64,000 bases of DNA from assembly GCA_002269645.1 (NCBI GenBank), contig NIVC01001381.1:1-64000 (forward strand). The letters run 5' to 3'. The position numbers and the translations under genes are program-made. The notes under the pieces are model-generated. The model searched no databases and had not been told where the DNA came from. It saw nothing but the letters and a program-made list of their open reading frames with translations. Position 1 is the stretch's first letter. Every line of letters starts with the position of its first letter. Of this stretch, positions 48,439 to 61,124 are shown piece by piece. Source of the stretch: Macrostomum lignano (lineage: Eukaryota).

Positions 48439-49555
48439 TTTGTTGCAAACTGTCTAATGGGTGTGTGTTGCAAACTGTCTAATGGGTGTGTGTTGCAAAC
48501 TGTCTAATGGGTGTTGTTGCAAACTGTCTAATGGGTGTTGTTGCAAACTGTCTAATGGGTGTTGTTGCAAACTGTCTAATGGGTGTTGTTGCAAACTGTC
48601 TAATGGGTGTTGTTGCAAACTGTCTAATGGGTGTTGTTAAACTGTATAATAGGTGTTGTAAACTGTCTAATGGTGTTGTTGCAAACTGTCTAATGGGTGT
48701 TTTGTTTAAACTGTCTAATAGGTGTTGTAAACTGTCTAATGGGTGTTGTTGCAAACTGTCTAATGGGTGTTGTTGTAAAATGTCTAATGGGTGTTGTTGT
48801 AAAATGTCTAATGGGTGTTGTTGCAAATTGTCTAATGGGTGTTGTTGCAAATGTCTAATGGGTGTTGTTGCAAACTGTCTAATGGGTGTTGTTGCAAACT
48901 GTCTAATGGTGTTGTTGTAAAATGTCTAATGGGTGTTGTTGCAAATTGTCTAATGGGTGTTGTTGCAAATTGTCTAATGGGTGTTGTTGCAAATTAGTCT
49001 AATGGGTGTTGTTGCAAACTGTCTAATGGGTGTTGTTGCAAACTGTCTAATGGGTGTTGTTGTAAAATGTCTAATGGGTGTTGTTGCAAATTGTCTAATG
49101 GGTGTTGTTGCAAATTAGTCTAATGGGTGTTGTTGCAAACTATCTAATGGGTGTTGTTGTAAACTGTCTAATGGGTGTTGTTGTAACTGTCTAATGGTGT
49201 TGTTGTAAACTGTCTAATGGGTGTTCTTGTTAATAAACTGTATAATAGGTGTTGTAAACTGTCTAATAGGTGTTGTTGTAAACTGTCTAACGGGTGTTGT
49301 TGTTAATAAACTGTCTAATGGGTGTTGTTGCAAACTGTTTAATGGGTGTTGTTGTAAACTGTCAAACGGGTGTTGTTGTAAATAAACTGTATAATAGGTG
49401 TTGTAAACTGTCTAATGGGTGTTGTTGTAAACTGTCTAACGGGTGTTGTTGTAATAAGCTGTCTATTGGGTGTTGTTTTGTAACTGTTTATAGGGTGGCT
49501 GTGAACTGTCTAATGGGTGTTGTTGCAAATTTTCTAACAGGTGTTGTTGTGAATT
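48439..49555. repeat. 24-bp minisatellite GTTGTTGCAAACTGTCTAATGGGT, more than 40 copies, running into the gap
   Basis: Period about 24 with indels. Confidence 0.95.
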
Positions 49556-50677
49556 GTTTTGTCCCGCGAAGCGGGTCTACCTGCTAGTTATATCTAAAAC
49601 CTAAGCCGCTGGAAATATGTCTAAAAAAGTTTGCGATGTGCAATTTTAAATCTCTAGAATCAAAAGACTAAGAGAAATGCGAAAATAAGTTTTTGACGCA
49701 CAGGTAATTAAACCTTTATTAGTAGATATTTATAGCGTAGATCGATAAAAAGATTCGAATAAAAAATAGCAGGCTTTTTATAGCAAAATCATCCAGCCAT
49801 CTTCAGGTAATCGGAATTATAATCTCTTAATTAGTCACACTGCACACCTGCCGCTCACGCTTATCCTGAGTTTCTGCTTCGTGCATAATGAGACTGAATT
49901 ATTCCTTAGAATCTCGTATATTTACAAGCCAAGTCACAGAAGCGCAAATATCTTTATCAGCAGACTTGCATCTTAGTAGGCAGTTAAGAGCTCGATCTGC
50001 TAGAATCGGAGCTGAACAAAATTAGCTAATAAATTTGATGCTAATTCTATGCAAGCCTTCATTTATTTGGGCCTATCCCCCTTTGCAGGCTTCTACAGCC
50101 TCTTCTTTGCTTCAAGTCAGTCAGTCAGTCAGTTATCCTGCGCTAGAGGGGAGCTCGCTTGATTTTCATCGTTCTCCGCTGCCCCTTTCTAATTCCTCTC
50201 TCTCGCCATCCCTCTTCTATGCATCCTCGTCGCTCCTCTTCAGTCCGTCTCTTTACTTTCACTCTCACACTCTGCGATGGCGCTCTTGCCTAGCGATTCA
50301 TTCCCTACTGGCGTGACAACTCCTGTCCCTAGCCAGGCCTTCGTGGTCCGTTGGTCTCGCTTTCTTTCCTATCCCCTTCTCTTATTGAGGGGAATTAATT
50401 TGCTCCATCCCTTCCGCCCAAGGCCTCCAGTCTCTCTCTCTGTCTCTCTCTCCTCTCTAATGCTAATCATAATAAGCTCGCCGCAATTTCTCTATCGGGA
50501 TATTCGCTCAGGGTTGGGCAAGTTAAGATCGATAGTTTTTAGGCTTGGACTAACTATATTATATTATTTAATAATGTAATATACTGTAAAACGTGTCAGA
50601 GAAATATTCATCTGGCATTAACTTGGCTGACATCTTTGTTCAATTCAAAGTTTTGGGGTGTAATGATACGAGAGTAC

Positions 50678-50981
50678 AATAATAACTGATTACACCTGCC
50701 ATAATGGGCAGATGTGCACCCGACAGCTCAGCCGCAGCTATTGCGCGGCGCATCTGAAGGCTGCGTACGGCTGTTCAGTGCAAGGATTGGGGGGGGGGGT
50801 CGCCACACACACACCCTCAGTTACCCCAGCTAATGCTGGCACCCATTTTACAACTGAGTGAACTGAAGCAATGCAAAGTTAAGTGTCTTGCTCAAGGACA
50901 CAAATTGTTCCGGGCCCTTGGGTCGAGAATCGAACCGCCGACCTTTCAGTCCCGAGTCCGACGCTCTGACCACTAGGCTAA
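50678..50981 (-). mobile_element. Full-length tRNA-derived SINE
   Basis: Minus strand TAGCCTAGTGG (A box) ... GGTTCGATTCT (B box), tRNA-Arg-like head, CORE/Meta-like centre, AT-rich tail; same family as 12238-12470. Confidence 0.88.
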
Positions 50982-53061
50982 AACTAATGCTATTTTTGTT
51001 TGTCTTTAAGCCTGAAGATTATCCCGTTAGTTTCCAGTTCAAAGTTGTCTTAGCCTTTTCTCATTATTTGCTGCTTTTTTAGTGTCTACCTGACAGCAGG
51101 TGAGAGTCTACAGTGGTTTGCTAGCCAATAGTGAAGCTTCACTCTCAATTGCATCCCATTTGATCGCGCGAAGTTCACGTAAAAGAAAAGTCTATAAATA
51201 TGTAAAAAAAGACGAAAATCGCATCTGTTGCTTCGAGAAATGATAAAAATAGCCGATAGGAGCTAGGTGGAGAAAATATCAATTTGAACCGTCTTACCTT
51301 AAGCGTTGTTTTATTGCTGTCTACTGCAACTCTATAATACCGGTATTGCATTCTGCTGACAATTGAAGACAATTAATTCTGCCAAGGTTAGTCACAGTCT
51401 GGTTTTTTTACTGAATTACGATTATCGCTTCAATTAGAAACGAATGAAGATTCTATCCTGCACCTCTTCTATGGCTCTGTCATCATTGGTCCCATGCTGT
51501 GATCTGCCTGTATGCCCTGTCCTTGAAGCCCTGTAATTAGCACTATCCTGTTCCGGAGCTCTCGATCAGATGCATATAAGAACAAGAGAGAAAGAGAGCC
51601 AGATGAAGGAAGCAAGTAGAAGCTCGCGGATTGAAATGGTTGCACGGATAGGAGAAGCGAGTCACGGCCTGATACAGGACTCGGGCATAATTAGAATATC
51701 TGTCTTATCTTCCTTGTTTCTTGTGAGAGGCGAATGCGCAGCCTCCCGCATGGGCCCTCATTGTGCCCGGCAGCGACAGGAAGCTAATTTAGTTTTGTCT
51801 TGCACTGCGTCTTCCCTCCTCATTCAAGTCAGTCTCTTTCTGTGTCCTTGAGAACAGGCTCTTCTGGTCTGCTGCCTGCCTGCCTGCATTGATTTATAGT
51901 TCAGCAGTCTCAATAATTTCAGACTCGCATTGAGATGTCTCTAGTTTCTTCTGTTTTGTCTTGGATTTTCCTACAATGCTACTGAAATGTTTTTACAATG
52001 CCCAGCACTGCGGAAGTTGGGGCCGTAGCCCAATGGTCCAGCGTGGTGCTCTGGTGTGCCAGCGGCCCAGGCTCGATTCCAAGTGCAGTCACATTAATTT
52101 GTGGCTCAATTTGATTCTCGGCTTGGCTCTGCTCGTGCTATTAACGCCATTGAGGGCCAACCCCCCAAGGCACAGTGAAGTGTACATGCCTAACGATAAT
52201 ATAAAGTTAGGGCCGCTGTACACTCCTGTGTGAGTGAGTGCCTGTGCGTATGACTGCGTAAGTAATCCGGGCGCTTGTGTGCCTGCTCAGGAGAGTCAGC
52301 GGAATATGCAGTGTTTACTTTCACGCGACTTGCGATTGCGGAAATGTGTGCGAGCAAGACTTCATTTAAGCCGGAAATATTACATCGCTTATAAATGCTT
52401 AGACACTTTCAAAAGCTCCAAATAAGCCATAGTCATTATTGATGCTTATACCTGTTGACTTCAGATATCGGCTTAACAACCAGTTAATTTCTTAATTTCT
52501 ATTTTCTTAGACAGAAAGCCCCGCCCCCTGCTGTGCAATTACTATTGGTTCCAGCAGTTGCCTTATACCCTGTCAGAGTAGCTAGCAGCTGCTCCCAACC
52601 CAGTTTATACAATGCAAAATTCTTACCTTAATCTCGGAATCGCCTTGCCAATTAGCGCCCGAGGGAGAGGTGCGATGGGGATTTCGATTTGCTCTGCCTT
52701 TTTTCTCCCCAAATTTGTCAGCCCTGCGGTGAGCACAGCGAAAATTGCCTTGGAGAGAAATTTCCTTCATCTTTTCTATGGAAGCAAGTTTTTTTGCTTC
52801 TGTTCTAGAAAGGCATCGATTATTTATTTAATTGCTGGATTATAATTAGAGAAAAAATGGCGCAGGTTGTCTCAGCTCTATCGAATCTTGGGCCGTGAGG
52901 TTGCTTTGCTGTTGTAATTGCCCTCTTTCCAAGTGCTGTCCAAATACTGCGATAAGGTGGTCGTTAAGCAACTAAAATTTTACTTGCCTTCAGCTGCCCT
53001 CGCTTCGAGTAGGCGGCACTTGGTATGCTTTTTGGGAAAATAAACTTTCCACAGCGGCCGA

Positions 53062-53345
53062 TGAAGCCGATATGTATCGTTAGAAATGTTTTAAAGCCGA
53101 TATGTATCGATAGAAATATTTGAAAGCCGATATGTATCGATAGAAATGTTTTTAAGCCGATATGTATCGATAGAAATATTTGAAAGCCGATATGTATCGA
53201 TAGAAATGTTTTAAAGCCGATATGTATCGATAGAAATGTTTGAAAGCCGATATGTATCGATAGAAATGTTTAAAGCCGATATGTTTTGATAGAAATGTTT
53301 TAAAGAGCTACATTGCCGATTGCGCGAAATTGCCGATATGTATCG
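53062..53345. repeat. 30-bp tandem repeat AAGCCGATATGTATCGATAGAAATGTTTTA, about 8 copies
   Basis: Repeated visibly; ends about 140 bp before the POU6 ATG. Confidence 0.92.
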
Positions 53346-53482
53346 AACCAACTTCATAAAGATCTATTTAAATATTCCTTATCCTTCAGCAGCCGGATGC
53401 CTGGCTAGGTCCTTCTCCCTTAACCGAGTGAAGGCACATCTGTCTTCGGCTCTCCGTGCACTGAAGCAGAGTGAGAGACGCC

Positions 53483-56379
53483 ATGTTGAAGCAAAGACTG
53501 CAACAAGAGCAACAGGGCGAGTCGCGTCAGTCAGCTGACGAGGAAGAGTTCAACTCTAATGAACCGCCCAGTGGCAGCTTCGCTTCGCACCAAGCGAGCT
53601 CGTCGTTCCAGCCGACTCCATTCGTGCTTGGCACCCATCAGTTCCTGCTGACGCCGCCGCCGCCTGGCGTCCAGCTGATGACGATCCCAGCCTCGCTGGC
53701 CAGCTTGCCAGGCAGCGACCAGATCCCCGTGATCGCCACCTCCACTGGGCAGCTCATTCTCGCCAACATCGTCAGCGTGCCTCGCGGTGGCGGCAGCGGA
53801 GGCGCCGGTGAGGCGGCCGCAGCAGCCGCCGCAGCAGCAGCCGCAGCAGCGGCAGCCACGGGGAACTTCATGAGCCCAGCCGTAGCGGCGTTGGCTGCTC
53901 AGCAGCTGCTGTCGACCTCAACGGCTGCCTCGTCGACTTCAACAGCCGATGCTGGTGCATCGTCTAGCGACGAGATTCGACAGCAGCCGCTGTCAAACCC
54001 GACGCCACCCGCTGGCGAGGCCTCGGCCAATGACGAAGACTCCATTGAAGGTGGCGACGAGGATGAAGAGGGCGACGTGTCGATGGAGCGTCAGGATGAC
54101 TCAGGAACTGCCGCTGTTGTCGCCGCTGCCGCCGTCTCGACCGACCCAGACGATGAGGCCAACAAGCACACAGTCAGTCAGATCACCGATTCCAACGTGG
54201 TGGACGGCGTTGATCTGGAAGAAATTCGCGAGTTTGCTAAGCAGTTCAAGCTGCGCAGATTGAGCTTGGGACTGACACAGTCTCAGGTGAGGATTGATGA
54301 AGCTGCAGTAGATTACTCAAGTGTTTCAGGGATCCTGCAGGATTGCTCAAATCGTTTAGTGCTGTTTAAGATTCACTTTGGGTAGTTCAGGAATCATGGA
54401 ACATCATTCAGGTAATTCAAGTATTGTTTAAAATCATTCAGGTTGTTCAGGGATCATTTAGAATCATTCAGGTTGTTCAGGTATTGTTTAAAATCATTCA
54501 GGTTGTTCAGGGATCATTTAGAATCATTCAGGTTGTTCAGGTATTGTTTAGAATAATTCAGGTTGTTCAGGAATCATTTAGAATCATTCAGGTTGTTCAG
54601 GTATTGTTTAGAATCATTCAGGTAGTTCAGGGATCATTTAGAATCATTCAGGTAAGTTCAGGTATTGTTTAGAATCATTCAGGTAGTTCAGGGATCATTT
54701 AGAATCATTCAGGTAAGTTCAGGTATTGTTTAGAATCATTCAGGTAGTTCAGGGATCATTCAGATAATTATGGAATCATTTGGATTATTCAGGTAGTTCA
54801 GGGATCATTTAGAATCATTCAGGTAAGTTCAGATGTGACACGTATCATTTTGGAAGTCAAATTTGAAAAAAATAAATTAGCGATAATTCGGAGCCAACTG
54901 ATATTAGGGTCAAGTTTCTTCACCAAACCATCTGGACTGAATCCCAATGTCAACCCTCAGGTTGGCGCAGCTCTCTCCGCAACCAAAGGCCCCGCCTACA
55001 GTCAGAGCGCCATCTGCAGATTCGAGAAGCTGGACATCACTCCCAAATCTGCTGCCAAGATCAAACCGGTCTTGGAGGTGTGGATGGCTGAAGCCGAGGA
55101 GAAATTTCGGCGATGCGGGGGCGGCGGATTGTGCGGATTACCTGATGATCCTCACCAGCTGCACCAGCAGCAGCAGCACCAAATCTGTCTTGGCTCCCTG
55201 GACGGCCTCAGCGCCGCCGAGGCTGCTAAAAAGCTGCGCAAACGAAGGACTTCGTTCACACCGACTGCATTGGAGATACTCAACGAATATTTTGAGCAAA
55301 ATACTCATCCAACTGGGGCGCAGATGACAGAGCTGGCTAGGTGAGTCTGTCTGCATCCTCAGGCACCCTCATTGCATCCTCAGTTGCTGGGCCAGCCTTC
55401 AGATCCCCAGTTGCTGGGCCAGCCTCCCAGATCCTCAGTTGCTGGGCCAGCCTCCCAGAGTGTCAGTTGCTGGGCCAGCCTCCCAGAGTGTAAGTTGCTG
55501 GGAAACCAGCCTCCATATTCCCAGTTGCTGGGCCAGCCTCCATATCCCCAGTTGCAGGGCCAGCCTCCATATCCCCAGTTGCAGGGCCAGCCTCCATGTC
55601 CCCAGTTGCTGGGCCAGCCTCCATATCCCCAGTTGCTGGGCCAGCCCCCTAATTAATAATGTAGCAAAACTTCCAAACTAAACCGCAGGTCCCTACGCTA
55701 CGAGCGCGAGGTGATTCGAGTCTGGTTCTGCAACAAGCGCCAGGCTCTCAAGAACACTATTAAGCGTCTTCAGAGGCCGCAAGAATCTTCAGCTAGCAGG
55801 CAGCACCATCATCATCACCAGTCTCAGCTGCATCCGATGTCGCAGCAGCAGCTCCGAGCTCCCGATATGTCAGATTCATCAGCTTCCTGTGCCACCACGT
55901 CCAAGGCTGCCGCCGCTGCAGCCGCATCCGTTGCTGTCGCTATCGATGAAAACCGACTGGTCAGACTGCGCTTGTTAGCTAGAAATTTTCACCCACACTG
56001 CACCCACATTCACCCACACTGCATCCACATTCACCCACACTGCATCCACATTCGCCCACACTGCATCCACATCCACCCACACTGCATCCACATTCACCCA
56101 CACTGCATCCACATTCGCCCACACTGCATCCACATCCACCCACACTGCATCCACATTCACCCACACTGCATCCACATTCACCCACACTGTACCTAAATTC
56201 ACCCACGCTGTATCCACATTTACCCACAGGTGTCGCCATTCACATTCTACGCTAACGCGGCCGCCGCGGGCATCTCGGAGAGCTTCACCAACGTGGCCAG
56301 TCGCCATCAGCTTAATGTGGACAACGGCGGCAGGCTCTCGGGGGACACCTCGCCCACGGCGTCGCATTCTCTGCAGTGA
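53483..56379 (+). CDS. POU6F2: Class VI POU-domain transcription factor (POU6F/pdm3-like); exons 53483-54286, 54961-55340, 55689-55959, 56230-56379 (last junction less certain)
   Basis: POU-specific VDGVDLEEIREFAKQFKLRRLSLGLTQSQ|VGAALSATKGPAYSQSAICRFEKLDITPKSAAKIKPVL and homeodomain RKRRTSFTP...EVIRVWFCNKRQALKNTIK, diagnostic of class VI; in-phase GT-AG junctions (0, 2, 0). The symbol denotes the class; F1 versus F2 orthology is unresolved. Confidence 0.92.
54380..54830. repeat. 30-bp minisatellite (TTCAGGGATCATTTAGAATCATTCAGGTAG-like) in POU6 intron 1
   Basis: Repeated visibly within intron 54287-54960. Confidence 0.9.
55375..55650. repeat. About 24-27-bp minisatellite CCCAGTTGCTGGGCCAGCCTCC in POU6 intron 2
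   Basis: Repeated visibly; CCCAG/CTGGG inverted arms. Confidence 0.88.
55988..56229. repeat. 21-bp minisatellite CACCCACACTGCATCCACATT in putative POU6 intron 3
   Basis: Repeated visibly, ending in the acceptor TACCCACAG at 56229. Confidence 0.9.
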
Positions 56380-57159
56380 TGATTCACAATTTATAGTCAG
56401 TTTGCGCCCGCGCGTGTCACTTCTGTTTTGTTTTGTTAATATCATTAAAAAATGTAAAAAATCGTCTGGTAACTTCGTTTCATTTGGCTAATATGAATCC
56501 ATTCGATAATGAGTTCATTACTTACCTTAACCTCTTCTCTCCCCCGCTTCCATCTCTTTCTCTCCCCCCTCTCTCCCCTCCCTCTCCTCCTCTCGTCCTC
56601 ACTCCTCCGCCTCTCCTCTCTCCTTTCCCTCCTCTCTCTCCCCCTCTCCATCCTCTTTTTGTTTCCTCTCCATGTGTTTTATCATCTCTCCCTTTAATTT
56701 CCCTCTCTTACCTCTGCCCATTTCTCCTTCGCCTCTCCTTGCTCTCAGATTTGTTTATCAACATAGTTTGGCTTGTCTCCATGTTCTCCCATGCTTGGTG
56801 TGTCCGAAAAAAAACAAAAAAAAGTTTTTGAAAAAATCCAAACCATTTTCTTATAGGCCCTATTCGGTATAGTCAAGGCCCATGACAACTGGAGGTGAAA
56901 TCGACCCCACTTTTCGAATTGTACATAACTCGTGTCTAATTTTATTCATTGCTCTTTTCTGTCCAACAAATTGGTCTTGTCAAATGTTAGGTAAATTAAT
57001 TTAAACAATCGTGTAACAGTGTCTCATTACTCGGTAATCATTTTTTGCTGTGAATATTTTGCTTGTTGACCCGTTCTGTTTTTGCTCACCTCTTGATTGT
57101 TTTGATTTTGCTTTTTTATTCATGTCAATTCCAAACAGACGGCTTGACTGACCCACAGC

Positions 57160-57960
57160 TCCTCCCCCTCAGTATGTACATCCAACTTGACCAACCCCAC
57201 GACTCCTACCCCTCAGAATGTACATCGGACTTTATCAACCCCACAACTTCTACCCCTCAGAATGTACATCCGACTTGACCAACCCCACAACTCCTACCCC
57301 TCAGAATGTACATCGGACTTAACCAACCCCACAACTCCTACCCCTCAGAATGTACATCGGACTTGACCAACCCCACAACTCCTACCCCTCAGAATGTACA
57401 TCGGACTTGACCAACCCCACAACTCCTATCCCTCAGAATGTACATCGGACTTTATCAACCCCACAACTCCTACCCCTCAGAATGTACATCGGACTTTATC
57501 AACCCCACAACTTCTACCCCTCAGAATGTACATCGGACTTGACCAACCCCACAACTCCTACCCCTCAGAATGTACATCGGACTTGACCAACCCCACAACT
57601 CCTACCCCTCAGAATGTACATCGGACTTGACCAACCCCACAACTCCTACCCCTCAGAATGTACATCGGACTTAACCAACCCCACAACTCCTACCCCTCAG
57701 AATGTACATCGGACTTGACCAACCCCACAACTCCTACTCCTCAGAATGTACAACCGACTTGACCAACCCCACAACTCCTACTCCTCAGAATGTACATCGG
57801 ACTTGACCAACCCCACAAATCCTACCCCTCAGAATGTACATCAAACTTAACCAACCCCACAACTCCTACTCCTCAGAATGTACATCGGACTTGACCAACC
57901 CCACAACTCCTACTCCTCAGAATGTACATCAAACTTAACCAACCCCCAAAATTTCTACTC
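57160..57960. repeat. 44-bp minisatellite CCTCAGAATGTACATCGGACTTGACCAACCCCACAACTCCTACC, about 18 copies
   Basis: Period-44 array. Confidence 0.93.
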
Positions 57961-58539
57961 AATGTACATAAATGTTGACTAATGTATTCAAATGTATTAT
58001 TTTTAACCTAAAAGCAAATTGAATGTTTTGGCTTTTGTATTTTTACGTAACGCCCCATATTAACAAGGTGTTCCCCATTTACTTAATTCACTCCTTTCAA
58101 TGCAAATTTATGGTTACATATTCTAGAGATTTATACCATTGTCCAAAAGGCCTCTTATGTTTATTTACTTTGACCTGTTTTTTTATCCAAAGCGCTATAG
58201 GTGTCCCTACTCTCTTCTGCTCTGACGCTGCATCTATGTCAATCATCGTAGTCTGACTGCAAAATTGTACCTGCATTTATGTATACCTTTTCTCTGCTGT
58301 ATTTTAGAGCTTTTATCTGCGTAAGTACAGTTTTTCCGTATTCGCTGACTTTTATCTACCGAAAAGCTGCAAATAAAATTTTATTTGGATTGACTGTCTG
58401 CAATGCACATTTGATATTGTGTCCGTTGACTGTCGCTTATTGTGAGTCACGTGTGCAAAAATAATCGCCTTCTTATGTAGTTGGTTATTTATTTTATAGG
58501 GCTAATTTAAATCGACTGTACACACAGCAACACAACTAT

Positions 58540-59215
58540 CCATTCTGTGCGCACAGCCACCCCTTTATCCCCAGTGTACACGCAGCCAGCTCTCTATCCT
58601 CAGTGTACGCACAGCCAGGACTTTATCGCCAGTGTACGCACAGCCACCCCTCTATCCCCAGAGTACACACAACCACCCCTCTATCCCCAGTGAACTCACA
58701 GCCACCCCTCTATCCCCAGTGAACTCACAGCCACCCCTCTATCCGCAGTGTACGCACAACCACCCCTCTATCCGCAGTGTACGCACAACCACCCCTCTAT
58801 CCCCAGAGTACACACAGCCACCCCTCTATCCCCACAGTACACACAGCCACCCCTCTATCCCCAGAGTACACACAGCCACCCCTCTATCCCCAGAGTACAT
58901 GCAGCCAGCTCTCTATCCTCAGTGTACGCACAACCACCCCTCTATCCCCAGAGTACACACAGCCACCCCTCTATCCCCAGAGTACACTCAGCCACCCCTC
59001 TATCCCTAGAGTACACTCAGCCACCCCTCTATCACCAGAGTACACGCAGCCACCCCTCTATCCCCAGAGTACACGCAGCCACCCCTCTATCCCCAGTGTA
59101 CACGCAGCCACCCCTCTATCCCCAGAGTACACGCAGCCACCCCTCTATCCCCAGAGTACACGCAGCCACCCCTCTATCCCCAGTGTACACACAGCCCTGA
59201 CGAACCAACACAGCC
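58540..59215. repeat. 29-bp minisatellite CAGCCACCCCTCTATCCCCAGAGTACACG
   Basis: Period 29 (e.g. units at 59105 and 59134). Confidence 0.93.
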
Positions 59216-59524
59216 ACCTCTTTATCGCCTTCAACAACAGCTTTGCAGCAACTTAACTTTTGGTTTTACTAATTCCAATCCGGAACCCTGTTTCAGCTGT
59301 CGATTGCTATTGTTTTCATATTGCACAGTTAATGACTGATAGTTAATAAAAACAGCGTTACTAAATCTCCCAGGGCTACCCTGGACTCTGTCAACTATCA
59401 CGACGAGACACGCTCGCTGACTAAAAGCAGCAACTTTAATAATAATAAGAAGAATAAAAAGCGGCGAAAGCGCAGGCCGCGCTACCATCAACGGACTGGT
59501 CGGGACAGCGACTCCGGTGCCAGC

Positions 59525-60965
59525 ATGCAGTCCAGCGTTCACGAGCAGCTCAGAGAGTATCGGGCTAAGAAGGAGGCGGAGCGGAAGAGGCAGCTGCTGA
59601 GTGGCCTGCTGCCGTTTGCTGGTAGCGGTTCCTCAGCCTCCGCTGACCAGCAGGGAGTCGCCTGCGCGGCTGATGAGGTTCGCGATTGCATCTAACAGCT
59701 GTTTCAGCATCTCCTATTTGAATCAATGCCATTTGTTTTTTGTATTTAATTGGACTCGAAATACGTCGTATTCAATGTATCCCGTCGATCCCATCTCTGA
59801 TCCCATACCCCATCGATCCCATACCCCATTGATCCCATACCCCATTGATCCCATACCCCATCGATCTCATACCCCATCGATCCCATACCCCATCGATCCC
59901 ATACCCCACCAATCCCATACCCACCAATCCCATGCCCCATCAATCCCATGCCCCATCAATCCCATGCCCCATCGATCCCATGCCCCATTGATCCCATACC
60001 CCATTGATCCCATACTCCATCAATCCCATACCCACCAATCCCATGCCCCATCAATCCCATGCCCCATCAATCCCATGCCCCATCGATCCCATGCCCCATT
60101 GATCCCATACCCCATCGATCTCATACCCCATCGATCCCATACCCCATCGATCCCATACCCCACCAATCCCATACCCACCAATCCCATGCCCCATCAATCC
60201 CATGCCCCATCGATCCCATGCCCCATTGATCCCATACCCCATTGATCCCATACTCCATCAATCCCATACCCACCAATCCCATGCCCCATCAATCCCATGC
60301 CCCATCAATCCCATGCCCCATCGATCCCATGCCCCATTGATCCCATACCCCATCGATCTCATACCCCATCGATCCCATACCCCATCGATCCCATACCCCA
60401 CCAATCCCATACCCACCAATCCCATGCCCCATCAATCCCATGCCCCATCAATCCCATGCCCCATCGATCCCATGCCCCATCGATCCCATGCCCCATTGAT
60501 CCCATACTCTATCAATCCCATACCCTATTAAACTTATACCCCCTGGATCTCATACAATTCGCTTCCTTTCACCATGAATTCCTTTTTTATAGCATTAAAA
60601 AAATCCCCATTAAATCCCAACCCGCAAAACCACAGGCTCGCGCGCCCAGCCGCTGGTCGCGGCTCTGCACCCGGCTCTACCTGTTGCTACCCGAGCGAGT
60701 TCGCGCCCACCGCCTCGTTGCCATGGGCTGGCCGGTTCGGCTCGGCGTCTTCCTGTTGCTGTGGCTGTACTTTGTGTACATCGAATGGGGCGCCGTGTTC
60801 TTCATCTGCGGCCTCTTGTACCTACTGGTGAGTAGTATGCGCGGAGACAGTCAGAGGCGCTCCGGGCCGAGTGCCTATTCGGTGTTCAACCGGAACTGCG
60901 AACGGCTGGATGGCACCTTCACTGCGGAAGAGTTTGACAGGTCACTGAGGTCCGGCTTTTCTTAG
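59525..60965 (+). CDS. SAYSD1: SAYSvFN domain-containing protein 1, 160 aa; exons 59525-59677 and 60636-60965
   Basis: N-terminal QLREYRAKK; hydrophobic hairpin LLLWLYFVYIEWGAVFFI; GPSAYSVFNRNCERLDGTFTAEEFDR signature; phase-0 GT-AG junction. Confidence 0.93.
59790..60525. repeat. 15-bp-based minisatellite (CCCCATCGATCCCAT) with higher-order blocks in the SAYSD1 intron
   Basis: Repeated visibly; marker variants (CATACTCCATCAAT, GATCTCATA) recur at longer intervals. Confidence 0.92.
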
Positions 60966-61124
60966 GGGGTGCTTTGGGCTATGGTTTATGTTGAAATTGT
61001 TTCTTTGTTGTTTTCAAGGTTTTCAGTTGGTGTTATTAATGGTGGTAGGACAGTTTTGCAGGTACTTGAGAATTTTTCTCGATCAAATATTTGGCATTCA
61101 TTAGATGTCAGAATTTACCTGTCA

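Noticed and set aside
47310-48482. Long ORFs of 387, 311 and 271 aa
   Set aside because: They span the N gap; only 47310-47766 is real sequence (GIY-YIG).
50920-50981. Possible tRNA gene
   Set aside because: A and B boxes are present but there is no complete cloverleaf or acceptor stem; it continues into a SINE body shared with 12238-12470.
49883-51067. TAATGAG motifs as POU6 autoregulatory sites
   Set aside because: Short AT-rich matches expected by chance; no clustering evidence.
57063-59256. Repetitive ORFs (MYIGLDQPH..., YTQPPLYP...) as extra SAYSD1 or mucin-like exons
   Set aside because: 44-bp and 29-bp periods are not multiples of three; they are minisatellites, and SAYSD1 is complete without them.
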